Assembly (NCBI GenBank): GCA_028534125.1
Contig: CM052816.1
Coordinates: 58,406,001-58,470,000, forward strand
DNA from: Lama glama
Lineage: Eukaryota
Direction of reading: 5' to 3'
DNA: 64,000 nucleotides
In this document: positions 12,701 to 27,700 of the stretch, one piece after another
Numbering within the stretch: position 1 is the first letter of the stretch
Layout of the letters: each line of letters begins with the position of its first letter
Notes under the pieces: generated by a model
Databases searched by the model: none
What the model was told of the DNA's origin: nothing
What the model saw: only the letters and a program-made list of their open reading frames with translations
Program-made: the position numbers and the translations under genes

Positions 12701-15700
12701 CGTCTACCTTTTTAAATGTTTGAAAATTTTCGTATTAAAAAAGTTAACCAAGGAGGGAGGGTATAGCAGAGTGGTAGAGTGCGTGCTTAGCATGCACAAG
12801 GTCCTGGGTTCTATCCCCAATGCCTCCATTACATAAATGAATAAACCTAGTTACCTCTGCCCCTCCCCCTGCAAAAAAAAAAAAAAAATTACCCCAAAAA
12901 ATCTGCATAGGAAAGCCACAAAAAGTAGAGTCTAAAGACAACTGAGAAAAAACAGTTGCAATTCATATCAGACATACAAAACAGAGAGTTCCCCCAAATC
13001 TGTGAGAAAAAGATCCACAACTCAATTGAAAAATGGGTAAAGAACACAGAGTCCCTTTGCAGGAAAGGAAATACAATTGGCTCTTAACCATATGAAAAAA
13101 TATTCAACCTTACACGTAATAAGAGAAATTAATAACTACTCTGGGATACCATTTTTTACCTCTCAGATATAGAATACACCACCTCTGTTGTCTGCTATCA
13201 TCTAAGGACTACTGGTCTTCAGCTGTCACTTTGAGAATACAGATTCTAAATTAACTTCCTCATAGCGTAGTACATTATGATGAGCACCAGAAACAAAAAC
13301 CTACAACAGTAGCTTGTGGTAGTCTGTCAGGCTTCCCTGAGGTACTAATGATTGAGCTAAAAAAGTCTATGTTTTGCAAGGTAATGTTTCATAAAGGAGA
13401 GACAGCAAAAGAAACACTGGGACATGAAGGAATACAGTGCATTCATGAAACTGATAGATGGGCCATATGGCTAGAGAGTGAGGCAGAGATCAGCATAAGA
13501 TGAGATGAGACAGAGAAAATAGCCTGATAAATACAGGGCCTTACAAGTTCTGGTTTTATTCCTAAGAGCAAGAGGAAGCTTTAAGCATTATGATAATGGT
13601 AGTGATGATATCACTATTACCATTGTACACAACAGGGAACTCGTTCAGAAAGGTAAAGTATCTTGCCTAAGATCCCACAGCTGTTAAATGGTACAGCCAA
13701 GATCCAGATCCTTATGGTGCTTTCAGCCTTATTTTCAGCCAATGACACTGAGCTGGGAATGCGTTTCCTGGTTAATATTCACCAATTTTCACCTGGAACT
13801 GGTTGCAAGTGAAAATTCAAAACCGATTTTATCTGGAATACTCATGGTGAGAAGTATTAGAACTATCTTTATATAAAAAGTCTAAAGGAAAAAAACAGAA
13901 ATAGATTGGTTGTAATACGGCCATCTCACCTGCTTAACAATTCTCTTACCTCAGAGGTGTATTTCTGACGATCGTCTCTTGAACTGAGCAAACTTTTTTT
14001 GGCAGGAGGAACATGGTCACTTTCACCAAGTCTACTATACAATCTCTTCCTAGATACAAGGTCCAAATTAACAGGCTTTTCAGAATCATCTCTTTCGGAA
14101 TTAGATAAACAAACGGCATTCTGACCAACTGAAGTTACCGGAAAACTCACACTGCAAAGAAAACACAAACATATTGAACCAGTTACTTAATGAGGTTAAA
14201 AGGCTGAACTATTCCAATTAAAACTGCTAAAAAACTTCAAAGTGACTTAAAACTAATATATACATAGCCACGGCCCCAAAAATGCTAGTTTTGAGCTCCA
14301 TTCATATTTAAAGGCTTGTAACTTGCATTCTGTAATCCTGAATTAAATCTGAAGTATAAAAAGTGTTTTCCTTATCAGTAAAGTTAAATTTTAGTCTAAA
14401 ATGTCTTTTCTTAATATAAAAGGCTTCAATTTCTGACGTTACTCGATAGACAAACATCTTAAACAATGACTATTAAAATACAACTTAAGAATTCTATGGC
14501 AAAGAATTAAAATGAGTATCAAAAATATTCAAAAATGTATCCTCTTAGTACTCTTTCCAACTTTCTGCAAATGTATATTTATTTCACAATTTAACATATA
14601 TACGTTTACAAAGTAATTACACCTTTAATAGATGCCACTTAATGATCCAGACTGCTAAATTTTTGTTAGCTTTCAAAATACTTAAAATACCAAAAAGAGT
14701 TCCATATGAAAGTATTATACATTTAAGTGGCATCTATATCAGATATAAAATGAATGATATCTTCTCTAACTTATCACGTAATTACTAAAAAAATCTCCTA
14801 GATAATTACAAATAATGTTGGTGAAGTTTGCTCAATCAATACTATTCAATTCATAAAGCATCTTTATCCCTAGCAAAAAGTTAAGCTCATTCATTACCTC
14901 ATGTCCTCCTTTTCCTCTGTATTCACTGATTTGACCAATATGGGTGCTGGCAGTAAAGGGTTTGGCATTAACTGCGTAGTGGTATCAGCAAATTCTTCCA
15001 CTGCATTGGTTGGGATTTCCACCAGAGTTAAAATGAATGCTTGTTCATCCTCACCATCTTGATTTACGTTAGCAACTAGATTCACTATCAAAGTTTAAAA
15101 GTTAAAAATGAAAACTGAACTATGAAACAACAGAAAATCATTAATTTATTTCATTTCTAAAAAGTCTCATGACAACTCATCCACAAGAATAAAAAACTAA
15201 ATTATATCCCCCCTCAAGAAATAAATAAAAAGTAATAAAGGATAAAGATGATTCACTATGGAGAAGACTTACAATTCTGAACAACAAAACTTTTACACAA
15301 AGTATTTCAAATTTTGGGTTTTTTTTGCGTTTTTTTAAAGGCTATCATGGACCAACAAGAACTGCTTTGTTTTTCCACAGTTAAATGGGGATTACAAACC
15401 ATACTACTAGGTTCTATGATACTACTGAAGCAGATTATCCTACCTGTTAGGTCTTGAGGATTATTTACATTCTTTTGTTGGACTTCTGGAATACTAGTTG
15501 GTGTACACTGCCATAACAAATTAAAATAAAAGAGTGAGGTTGACCAAATCTGTTTTACGAAGTTTTCCTGACAATATATGATGAACAGTTACTGTTTCAA
15601 AACTCAAAATCTTACCTAACTATATACAATTTTTCAAGTATTTTAAAACCTTTAGTTGTACCAATAAACTTTTGATTCATAAAATTCATAATAAACATAT

Positions 15701-18700
15701 ATATATATATACATATCAGAAAAAAATTTAGACTAAATTGTGGAAAATGTGCAGGCTATGAAATACTTCTGAAGTAACAGGAGAGGGAGATGCAAAGCCC
15801 TCAACCTTCTCTATCCTCATCACAGCAGCCACTGCACTACTAGCAGGATCATGTGTATGAAAGCAAACTGGTCTCCTTGCCTCCAGCATGGCTCCCTCCA
15901 GTCTGTTTTCCACAAAATAGCAAACACTGTTTTCTCTAAAATGCAATTCTGATTGTAATTCTCTACTGCTTAATATCATAAAACTTTGATTTTGCAACCA
16001 ACAATGTCAGTAATTGATTCACGCAAGAATCATCAATGCATGCTAAATTACTAAGTAGAAAAGATAGTGTTATAATGGAGAAAAATCTGGTAGGCACCAT
16101 TCTAGCCAAGTGATCAGCCAGGATCACCAATAATGGGACAAAGTGATATTATGTGTCCCTGATATGATGCAAAAGGAAGAACAAAACATCACTTACGTAG
16201 TATTCTTGCCCAAAAACGTTTAACCTGCATCTAATAATGAAGAAGCAACAAAAAAAGAAAACCTGGACTGTAAGACTACCTTGGACTCTTCTAAAATGTC
16301 AAGTACACAAAAGAGGAAAAAAGGCAGGAGGACTACTCTAGATTAAAAGAGTAAGAATAAATGACAACTAAACGCAATATAAGAGGCTTGACTGGAACTG
16401 TATGTTACGTAATGCGATTACATCAATGGTGGGTAGTATGCAAATATCTAGTACGTAATAGTATTGCTATTTCTTTGTAAGAGAATGTCCTTATACTTAT
16501 CAAAGACAAGCTGGAGTATTTGTAGGTGAAGGCTCGCATCTGCATCTTAATTTTAAAAAACTGAACCATTGAAGGTTCAGTTTTTTAAAATTATCTATCA
16601 GGATTAAGAGCAACACAGAGAAAGAGAATAATGCTTTAGCTAGGTACCCATGCAAATGAAGCAAAATGTTAACATTTGAGAGTTCTATGTAAGATTCTTA
16701 CAACTTTTCTCTAAACTGAAATTACTTCAAAATAAAATGTAAACATGAGAAAGCTGGGGCTCGGGGGAAAATCCCCTAAGTCTGGATGTAACCCAAATTC
16801 CTTAGCAAGTCATAAATTCCTTTTAAGATCTGTCCTCAGGCTACCTATCTAACTTCATCTCTAACCACTTTCTTCATTTACATTCCATTCATAACTACTT
16901 ATATAGTCCCTGAGCATGTCATGCTGTTTCACACTTATTCTTTGTACATCTTCCTCTCCCTTTAACCGGTTAATTCATATTTGTTCTTCCAGATCAAGGA
17001 TTCTCTCTCTGCTGGGTACACAACAGAATAATCTGGGGTACTTTTTTTAAAAAAAAAAAGATGCTAATGCCTGGGCCTTAGTCCCCCCAGAGATTGATTT
17101 CATTGGATTGGGTTGACGTCCACTCCTATCGAGTCTTACACAACTCTCTTTCATAGAACATTCCAGACTGAGATTAACCATTCATTTACTTGTCTGTTTC
17201 TCACAACTTTGTATATCCAGTATCTCACAGAGTGCTGGACATGTAACATCTCAATACATGCTCTGAAAACGAACTTCTCTGATCTACGAGCTAAGAAGCA
17301 AGAGTTCTCTGTGTACAAAACACTTCCTTTTTCAAAGCTTTTACAACAAAGCTAGGTACTGGTTATTTTATCTCTACGTTTCAGAGACCAAAAACACAAT
17401 AAAAATTCTATCACAATACATTCTTACAAAGGCAACACTATAAGGAAAGAAAATAGATCAGTGGTTGTCAGGAGCTAGGGGTGGAGAGGAGTGACTGCAA
17501 AAGGGCACTGGAAAACTTTGGGAGTTATGGAATTGCTCATGTATTGGTTATATGACTATATATGTTTATCAAAACTTGAAGAACTGTACACTAAAAGGGG
17601 TGAAGTTTATTGTGTGTAAATTACAACTTAACTTTTTTAATGAGGAATAAACAGTGAGCCACCCCCTATTATATTTTATATAATACCTCTGGCACATGAA
17701 GCATAAGCACACTGTCTCCATTATAGTCCTTTCTCAGGGGCTCTTCAATAGAACTCTCACCAGGACCTGTACCCGAACCAAGCATGTGGGGCGCTGTCTC
17801 AGAAGAAACAACTGGAGCAACAGACGATATCTGAACCTCTCCAGATTCCTCTTCTTGACCTTTATTTCTGCAAGACAGATTAGTATGTATCTGAAATTAA
17901 GCTGACAACCACAGAATAATGTTTAGAGTTGGGTATGTCAAAGTTTACCTAATTCAATGGTTTTTAAATTTTTAAGATATATTTAATACAATAGAACAAA
18001 TTCTTACAGTTATAGCTTATGGTACAGTTGAAAGAGAACATAAACCAAATCCCAGGATCTCTTTCCTCTTTTACCTTTCAGTTAGGCTTGCTTCTTGTGA
18101 AATACTGATTTCTTCAATACTATGTACACATGCCAATTTGCTCTGCTCCTTACTCTCCGCTGTTGTAACTGATTCAAGGTTTTTATCTTCTAATTCAGTT
18201 CCTTTAGAAGCATTTTTCTCAGTTTCTTAAATAAAAAACACATTTAAAATATAGCCCAAAACAGTACAATTATAATCGCCATATTAGAAACATAATTCTT
18301 TCTTTAAAGATCACTAGGTAGTGGCTCTTCCAAACTCTTAATCTAAAAACCAAGCTTATTCACATGGCAGAAAGGTGGTCTGGGGCACTTACACTTTTTA
18401 ACATACATGAGGTGATTAATGATTCTGCACTGCACATATTTCACTCCTGATAGCCACAGCAATTTTATCTATACTTTATCATAATAGCAGTATAATCAAA
18501 AATCTATACACAAGAGAGATTCAGAGGCAGGAACATATGAGGTCTGGTTGGTTCTGCTTTACGAGAAGTGTTGGGGAGAGAACTCTTCTGCAAAGAATAA
18601 TATCACAAAGGGGAAGAAAATGACTTCTGTGTAACAGAGATAAAACCTGAGCCTGCACATTAAGAAAGCTTCTCGGTACTGTTCAAGCCAAAGTAATGAA

Positions 18701-21700
18701 TTAACGAACTGAACCACCAGCATTACTGGCTGAAAGGAAATCCCGAAACAGGGAAAAGATGATGCTAACTATCCAGATCTTCTATATATGGGGCTGAAGA
18801 GAACCTAGGCAGCCTACTACTTGCACTGCTTTTCCTGTTCTCACTAGTACCCTAAAGGCTGGGCCCTTGGCAGGGAGGGGAGGTAGAAAAGGAAGTGGGA
18901 CGGGGTTTCAACATGTCCATCACAATACAGTGAGGCCACTGAAAAATAAATTAAGAGCACTCTGCAATCATACAGAAAAATTTTTTCAATATATTAATCT
19001 TTAAAAACAGAAAGCACTAATATATATACAGAACTCAAAATAAGAAAAAGACAGATACCCAATTCTAAAATGAGCATAGATCTGAAGATACATTTCTCTA
19101 AAGAAGATAAAGAAACACATGAAAAGAGACTCAACATTAGTCAACAGGAAAATGCAAATCAAAACCGCCATGAGATAGCACTTCATACCCTCTAAGAGAC
19201 CTATAAGCAAAGAGACAAATAATAACAAGTGTCTCGGAAGATGTAGAGAAACTGAAACCCTTACAGATTGTTGGTGAAAATATAAAATGCTGCAGATACT
19301 TTTTCAAAAGTCTGGCAGTTCCTCAAAAGGTTAAACACAGAATTACCATTGACCCAGCAATTCCACTTGTAGGTATAAACCCAGAGAAATGAAAACATAC
19401 GTCCACACAATAACTTACACATCAAGTGTTCTTAACAGCATTATTTATAATACACTAAAGGCAAATATACTAACCATTAAACTGTACACTTTAAATGGGC
19501 AAATTCTATGGTGAATTATCTCAACAGAACTGTTATTTTAAAAAGCATTGAACAATATTTATGGTATAGTATGCATATATTTTTGTTCTTTTGAAAGGAA
19601 TATATATGCGTACACGTGTGTGTGTGTATGTGTGTGTGCGTGTATGTATATCTGTCTATGTATAGACACACACCTTGTTTAGATGCTTACATGTATGAAA
19701 CATTTCTGGAAGTCTACAACAAAAACTGTTAACAGTAGTTTGCCATCAGAAATGGGATTGGGGGACTGGGAATCAAAGAAGGAGGGAATTTCTAAAATTT
19801 CTGCCTTTTCGGTACTGTCTTATTTTTTGCCACATGCATGTACACTTAAAAGAAATATTTGCTTGAGTATTCATGTATAAACACAGACACACAGAAAAAA
19901 ATATATACAAAGAGAAAATTTCATCAAGTAAATAAAACAAAATGGTAATAATTACTGAAACTAGATGGTGGATTTATGGGTATTTATTTTATAGCTCATT
20001 CTACTTTTTGTATGTTTTAACTTTTTAATAGTTAAAATAACTTTAACGACTGAATATTCCATTTGAAATGCTTATGAAATTTCTTGTGTCAAGTAGCTGC
20101 GTAACTTTCAAGGGAACAATAAAATTTACCTCTTTGAATTTCCACTTCTTCTCCTTTGGCTATAAACAAACTAGGAAACTCCTGATGAGTACCAAAACTG
20201 CTGGTCTCAAAAATCTTCTTCATATTTGGCTTAGGCTTAGCAAATATACTCGTTCTCAAATTATCAGTCACTTCAGAAGTTGTAGTCCTAGAAAGAGATG
20301 GGAAGAGAGAGAAATTGATCAACTGTGTAAGAACTCTCTCACACTGAGACATTCTACCTTGAATTGACACAGTTACATGCCACCTTCTCAGGTGCCACGT
20401 AAGTGTCATTTCTCAAAGCTAAAATTATGCAGTAGTAACTTATCCAAAACTCTTGAGAAGGGAAAAGAATTTGGACTATGTCTGTCAAACAGGAACTATA
20501 TTTACATAAAACTATTTCATTAAAGCTCCAAACATGCATTGTGGTAATTTTAATATGCAAACCATTAAACTAAAATCAAAATCACCAATCCTTACTTTAA
20601 AGAATAAAAAATTAGCACTGCTCACTTTATATTTATACAAATATTACTCAAAGCTGTTAGCCAAACTGATGGCTGGTTTATGTATATTTATTAATTGAAC
20701 ACTATAATTCTTTTGTAAAATTCAAAAAATAATAGTAGTTTGATAAAGCAAAATAAACCTGGATGACACAGCATTCTCCTTTACTTCCTCCATTAAACCA
20801 ACTTCTTCTTTAGTACTTTGTTCCTCCAATACAATCTTGTTTTCTTCTAATGATGGAGATGTACTATGGACAGGTGAAGAAGGTTCCTGACATTCCTGAA
20901 CAGTTTTGTAGTTTATATTATCTGGGCTAAAAGGAATATGACTTTGATCCTCTGAATGAATATCAGGAAGTACACATACTCCTACTGCAAAAAAAAAAGC
21001 AGAAAATTAAAATTGACCCAATACAAATAAATGTCCAAGTAAAATAAACCCTTCAACGTTCAGTAATTATTAAATACTATATTATTTTTAAAGTTTGCTC
21101 TTCTAGTCTCCAAGTTTAAATTTATGATCTCATATTTCATGTCAGAGATTTGACCTAAGTTTAATAATTCTTACAGACTGAAATTTTTTTGTTATAAGTA
21201 AAAATAAATATTTTTGTTGCTTTCAGTAACTATATAACCTCAGCTGAATTTCAAGATAGGATTATCTTGATTTACAATTTCTTAAAACCTGTATTTTATG
21301 TTCTAGACATTTGTGACAGGCTCCAATGCAATACTCTGCCATTGAAAAAGGAGCCCTTCAGGGAACACAAATCAGAGACTTTTCTGATAAATATAGAGTT
21401 ACGGGTCTAAAATTCTGACACCTAATATAAATGGCAGGCTACTCATTAGCAATTAAAATAATTAACAGGATCATAATTAACATAATTATTCATTTAATGT
21501 ACTTAAAGTAGAAGATATTTAAAGAGAAGAAGACAGTAAAGTCTTCTCTATATCAATCTAAAATACTAAAAATCTGGGTTGACGTATTTTTTGGCTCAAT
21601 CCAAACTAACAGAATAGTCTAAAGCATCTCAGTGACTGCAACTGTCCCTTCACACTACATGTGACTGTCAAGTAACTGTGAAGACTATCCAAAGCAGCAG

Positions 21701-24700
21701 CTCCTTTACTAAAGAAACACGTAGAAAGTGATCAGTGATCAATGAGCTCAGTTAACCAATGATGTTTATGATGATAAAGGTAAAGGATTCACTAGATTAA
21801 TTATTCCACGAATACAAATTCTTAATAAACCAAGTGCACTATCTGGAAATGGTGGCCATGACATTTAGAGGCCAAGTAAGTAGGATAGATCAATGCACAC
21901 ATATTACCTTTTCTGGAAAAACAACAAAGTGATGCCAATTTCAAATATAAAAGGCAGGTATTCACTTATTATTCAAATATGGACATAATTACTTAAAAGT
22001 TGGATTTCAAAGGTTTCTCTTTTTTGTAGGACTTATATTTTATTCTTACCATGACTCTGTTCTGTATTTATCTCTGACTGCAACACCAGATCTCCCATTG
22101 TCAGTAAAGTTATGGCAGCTTCGGTGCTTCCATCATTGGTACCTTGTGAGAAAATACCAATATTAAAATAGAAGAATGAACCTGGAAATTTAACTTTGTC
22201 TGCTTAGAAAATAATTCTGAAACTAACACAACATTATAAATCAACTATACCTCAGTTTAAAAAAAATTAAAATGGGGGTGTATAGCTCAGTGGCAGAGTG
22301 CAGTGCTTAGCAAGCACAGGTCCTGGATTCAATTCCTGTACCTCCATTAAAAAAAACAATAATAACAAAAAATAAATAAACCTAATTACCTCAAAAAATT
22401 TTAATTAATTAATTTTAAAAATTAAAATTAAAAAATAATTTTAATTCAGATGTTTGTCCTCTAGTAACAAATTTCAAAACACTCAGTGCCATTAATCCCT
22501 TCCTAGGGTATTATTTTGTTCAACTTATATACTACAAACAAAGAAAGCATCAAGTGTTGACATTTACTCATTAAAATGCCTCCCAACCCTTAAATAATTT
22601 AGTTTCTTCAAAGGAAATATCACACCTCTGCATACCAGAGGAAAATGAATACTCCTTTATCAAACATTTAATCACTCTCTACAGTAGCCTTGCAAGAACC
22701 CAAATTTCCCCTCAAGATAACATTCAGCTGCTGGATCTTTCCATTCAACTCTCCAGCAAACCAACTCATTTACTACCACCACTACTAAATTAAATCACTG
22801 TGCTAGTTGTTGTTAACCAAGTATTTTTAGCAGTCTTCTTATTAACAGTTAGTTACCTGTTTCATCTTGGATATGTTCACCTGTGGTCATATCCTAAAAG
22901 AGGAAAAGAAAAGTAATATCTTCATGTATTTTCCCAAATAGATGTTCTGAATCTCAAGAAGCCCTGCATTTTACAGGTCTTTCAATGCTTTTGATTACAA
23001 TGGACTAGAAACTTTTTCTTCCCTAACTTGTATTTATTCATAAAATTTATATAATTATTCATAAAATTTCATAAACAAGAACAGATACAATTTAAAAGCT
23101 AAATTCTTTCATCTCTCGCTCTTTATTTTACCTTTTCCTTGTATTTCAGGAAAATTTTAACTGATCATATTGCAGAGTGCATCTGCCTTTCTTTTTCATG
23201 ATCCTTCAACTTTAGTCGTATCTGCTACTAATTTTGACACAATGGAAACTAAGATCTGAAGAATATCACAAAATTTTTATGCTACTAGGTGGCTTAAAAC
23301 TTAAACGAATTTTAATTAAGAAGTTACAAGATCTATATCCAGTATGACAGCATGCGGAGCTCTGCTGACCCTCTCCCCAGTGAAACTGGTAAAGTTTATT
23401 TTAAAATAACCATTTAAAGCCTCTGGAGATGGTCCAAAGGGCATAAGATGAATATCTATTCAATCAAACTGAAGAAAATTTGGTGACAAAGGCAAAAAGT
23501 CTATGATATTTAAGCTAAAACTGCTTCCTCCGTGCTTTCAGCTCAGGGAGGTAGAGACTCCACCTCAGACTGCTGCAGCCAAGAAAACAGGGCCCCTTCT
23601 CTCCCTGCAGGGCCTAGCTGGAGGGCTTTCTTCGTAGGAGGAGCATGACTTCAGCTCCTGATAACACAAGAATCTAGTGTCAGATTCATAATAGATAACA
23701 GCCCACTATCTATTATAAATACGGACAAAAATCCTCAATAAATAATAGCACACTGAATCTAACAACATATAAAAACTATATGCCATTACCAAGTAGAATT
23801 TATCCCAGGGATGCAATTTTTGGTTTAACATTCAAAATCCAATCGATGAAATAAATACATCATATCAACACAATAAAAAACAAATATCACACAATCATCT
23901 CAAGAGATACAGAAAAAGCATACAACAAATTCCAATACTCTTTCATGATGAAAACACTCAAACAAACTAGGAATAGAATGAAACTTCTTCAATTTGAAAA
24001 AAGGTGTCTGTGAAAAAACCACATTAAACTTAATGGTGAAAGATTGGATGCTTTCTGCTATTTTTATTCAACATTGTGCTGAAAAGTTCTAGCCAGGGTA
24101 ATTAGGTAAGCAAAAGAAATAAAAGACATCCAGACTAAAAGTGTGGTAAATTGAATTGTGTCCTCTAGAAATATACGTTGAAGTCTTAACCCCTGATACC
24201 ATGAATGTGGCCTTATTTGGAAATAGGGTCTTCCTAGATGTAATCAAGATGAGGTCACAAGGATTAGGGTTAGCCCTAATCCAGTAAGACTTCTTATAAG
24301 TGTCCTTATAAGAAGAGAAGAAACACACACACAAACAGGGAGAACATCATGTGGCAATGGAGGCAGAGACTGGAATCGTGCTGCCACAAGCCAAGGAATG
24401 ACAGACTGCCAGCAAATGCCAGAAGGTAGGAGAAAGGCCTAGGATGATTTCTACCTCAGAGCTACCAAAAGGAACCAGCAGCAGAAGCACTTTCATTTTG
24501 GAATTCTAGCCTCTAGGACTATGAGAGAATAACTTTCTGTGGTTTTAAGCTACCCAGTTCATGGTACTTTGTTACAGCAGCCCTGGGGAAGAAAAACAGA
24601 TGAAAAACTACTCATGTATGCCATGATCTTGTATGTAGAAAAAAATCCTAAGGATTCCACTAAAAACTATTAGAATTAATAATTGAACTCAGCCAAGTAG

Positions 24701-27700
24701 TAGAATACAAGGCCAATATACAAAAACCAGCTGTATTTTCATACACTTGCAATAAACAATCCAAAAACGAAATTAAGGACCAACTCCATTCGCAACAGCA
24801 TCAAAGATAACAACATACTTGAAAATGAAGATAAGAAAGTGCAAAGCTCAAACTCTGAAAACTACAAAACATTGCTGAAAGAAATCAAAGAAGAGCTAAG
24901 TAAATGGAAGTATGTTCATGGACTAGAAGACAACACTGTTAAGATAGCAACACCTGCTCCTCTAACTAATCTACAGATTCAATGCATCCCAACCAGAATT
25001 AAAGCTGATGTCTTCTCTGTAAAAACTGACAAGCTGATTCTAAAATTCATATGAATTGCAAGGGACCCACGATAGCCAAAACAATCTTGAAAACAGAATA
25101 AGGCAGGATGACTTACACTTCCCAATTCCAAAACTTATTACAAAGTAACAGTAATCAACAGAGCCTCACCAGCATAAAGATAGACAAATAAATCGAGAAG
25201 AGAGTCCAAACATCTACAGCTAACTAATTTTCAACAAGAATACAAGACCATTCAATAGGGAAAGAATAGTTTTTTCAAAGAAATGGTGCAACAACTGGAT
25301 AGTCATATGCAGAAGAATGAAGAAGGACTCTAACCTTACACCATACAAAAAAATTTACTCAAAATGGAATAGAGGCAAATGTAAAACAGGAGTAAATCTT
25401 CAGGACTTAGCTTTGGGAAGGAATTCTTAGATATGACAACAAAAGCATGAGCAACAAAAGAAAAAAATTAATGAAGTCCAATTTACCTACTTTGTGCTCT
25501 AAATGAAATCAAGAAAGTGAAAAGACAACTCACAGAATGAAAGAAAACATTGAAGAACATATATCTGATTCCAAAATTGTATCCAGAATATATAAAAAAT
25601 TCTTCCAACGTAATAAAAAATAGGCAAATAGATCGCATTTTTTTTAAATGGGCTAAGGCTCTGAAGAGGCTTTTTTCCAAAGGTGATATAAAAATGGCCA
25701 ATAAAAGCACAAGAAAAGATGCTCAACATCACTATTCATTAGTAATGCAAATTAAAACCATAGTAAGGTACCATAGTGAGCCATACATACTAGGATGGCT
25801 AGATCCAAGAAGTCAAATAACACATGTTGGTAAGGATGTGAAGAAATTAGAACCCTCATACACTGCTGGTGGGAATATAAAATGGTGCAGCAGCTTTGGA
25901 AAACAGTTTGCTAGTTCCTCATATGATTAAACATAGTGTTACCATATGACACAGCAATTCACTCCTAGGAATGTACCCAAGAGAAATGAAAACATATGTC
26001 CATAAAGAAACTTGTACACGAATATTTACAGCAGTATTATTTATAACGGTCAAAAGATGGAAACAACCTAAATGTCCATGAAAAGATCAATGAACAAAAT
26101 GTAGTACATGGCATATTATTTGACTTGACCACAAAAAGGAATGAAATACTGACACATGCTACCACATGAATGAACCTTGAAAACACTAGACTAAGTGAAA
26201 GAAACCAGACATAAAAGACCATACTGCACATAAATGTCCAGTTGAGACAAATCTATAGAGATAGAAAGTTGATCACTGGTTGTCTAGACCTGAGAAAGTT
26301 GGAAGGAACTGCAACTACCAATGGGCATAAGATTTCTTTCTGAGGTGATAAAAATGTACTAGAATTGACTCTGATGTTTGCATATGTCTGTAAAAAATAC
26401 TAAAAAACACTGAATTATACACTTTAAGTGGTTGAAGTGAATGGTATGTGAACTGTATCTTAATAAAGTTGTTTAAGAAATTATAAGTCTTCATTTATAA
26501 AATCAAAGTAAATACCAACCAAATAAGGAAGAGTCCCAAACAGAATGCAACTAAATATATTTTAAGTAATTTATATTTAGTATATATTTAGTGCATCAGA
26601 ATTTTAACATAAGTCTATGAGGATATTAACAGCTATCCTGACACGCAAAAAAAATCTATGCTTTTCAAGTCAAATATAAAATCTATGGGTTGTTCACTAA
26701 TTTCTACTATTCATACTTACAGCTTCTAGAAATTTATCATACTAGCTATGAGCTGCTTGTAAACCTAAAGCTTTCAAAATAAACTTTAAGTCTTTTGAAC
26801 ATAAACAAAAAATTGAAGACAAAACATATTAAAATGGATGCTTACAACTGATAATGCATTCACATTTTCTTCTTGTTTCATTTCCTGAGTAGTCACATCT
26901 GTGTTTGAAAGCTGATGTTCAACAACAGCTATGCATGCTACATCTGGGACATTCACGGTTATTTCAAGCTGTCAAAACAAAAAGTTTCATTATTTCACTT
27001 TGGCATAATACCAGAGCAAAACAAAAACCAATCATAAACTGAAATATTAAACTGAAGAAATAATTCATATTTATACACAATTAAAAGATAATCTCCTCGA
27101 TTATAAACAAGGCAGTGTGGCTCCTATTCCCTTCCTAACAGAGACAACTAAGTATAAAAGACTGTGATTCAGTAGTAGCTGAGTAAAGTTTGAAAATCCA
27201 TCTTTGAGACATTTATTATAGTAACACCTCTGTGCTCTGTGCCTATTTTATCTCTTTTGGGGGAGAGGGGGCATGTAATTAGGTTTTATTTATTTACTTA
27301 TTTTGACGGAGGTACTGGGGATTGAACCCAGGACCTTGTACATGCTAAGCACGCATTCTACCACTGAGTTATACCCTCCTGTTCTGTGTCTGTTTTCTCA
27401 GATGCAATTAGAGAAAAAGCTCTGCTAATATCCTATAGGCCTGGGATGAATTTAAACGTTTAAATGATTTAAAAAGACAAAATATTTTCTGAAAAGCTGG
27501 GATTAGGTGGATAATGGGAATATTCTAGGTAACTGAAAGGTGGTTCTGTAAGTACTACACAGCTTCAAAGCTTTAATTTTTTAAACGTGTATCGAGATTT
27601 AATTTACATCCCATACAATTCATCCATTAAAATTGTATAACTCAATGTTTTTTGGAATAAGCACAGATATACACAACCATCACCACAGTTACTTTTATAA

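Noticed and set aside
20358..20418. 61-nt exon-like segment (ttttag|...AAG|gtagaa) between exons 29 and 30
   Set aside because: In-frame TGA after three codons and only a 70-nt downstream intron; exons 29 and 30 already join in frame and match BDP1 without it.
25550..25930. 126-aa ORF, and similar ORFs at 24839, 51922 and 1646
   Set aside because: Fragments or antisense frames of decayed L1 sequence, not host genes.
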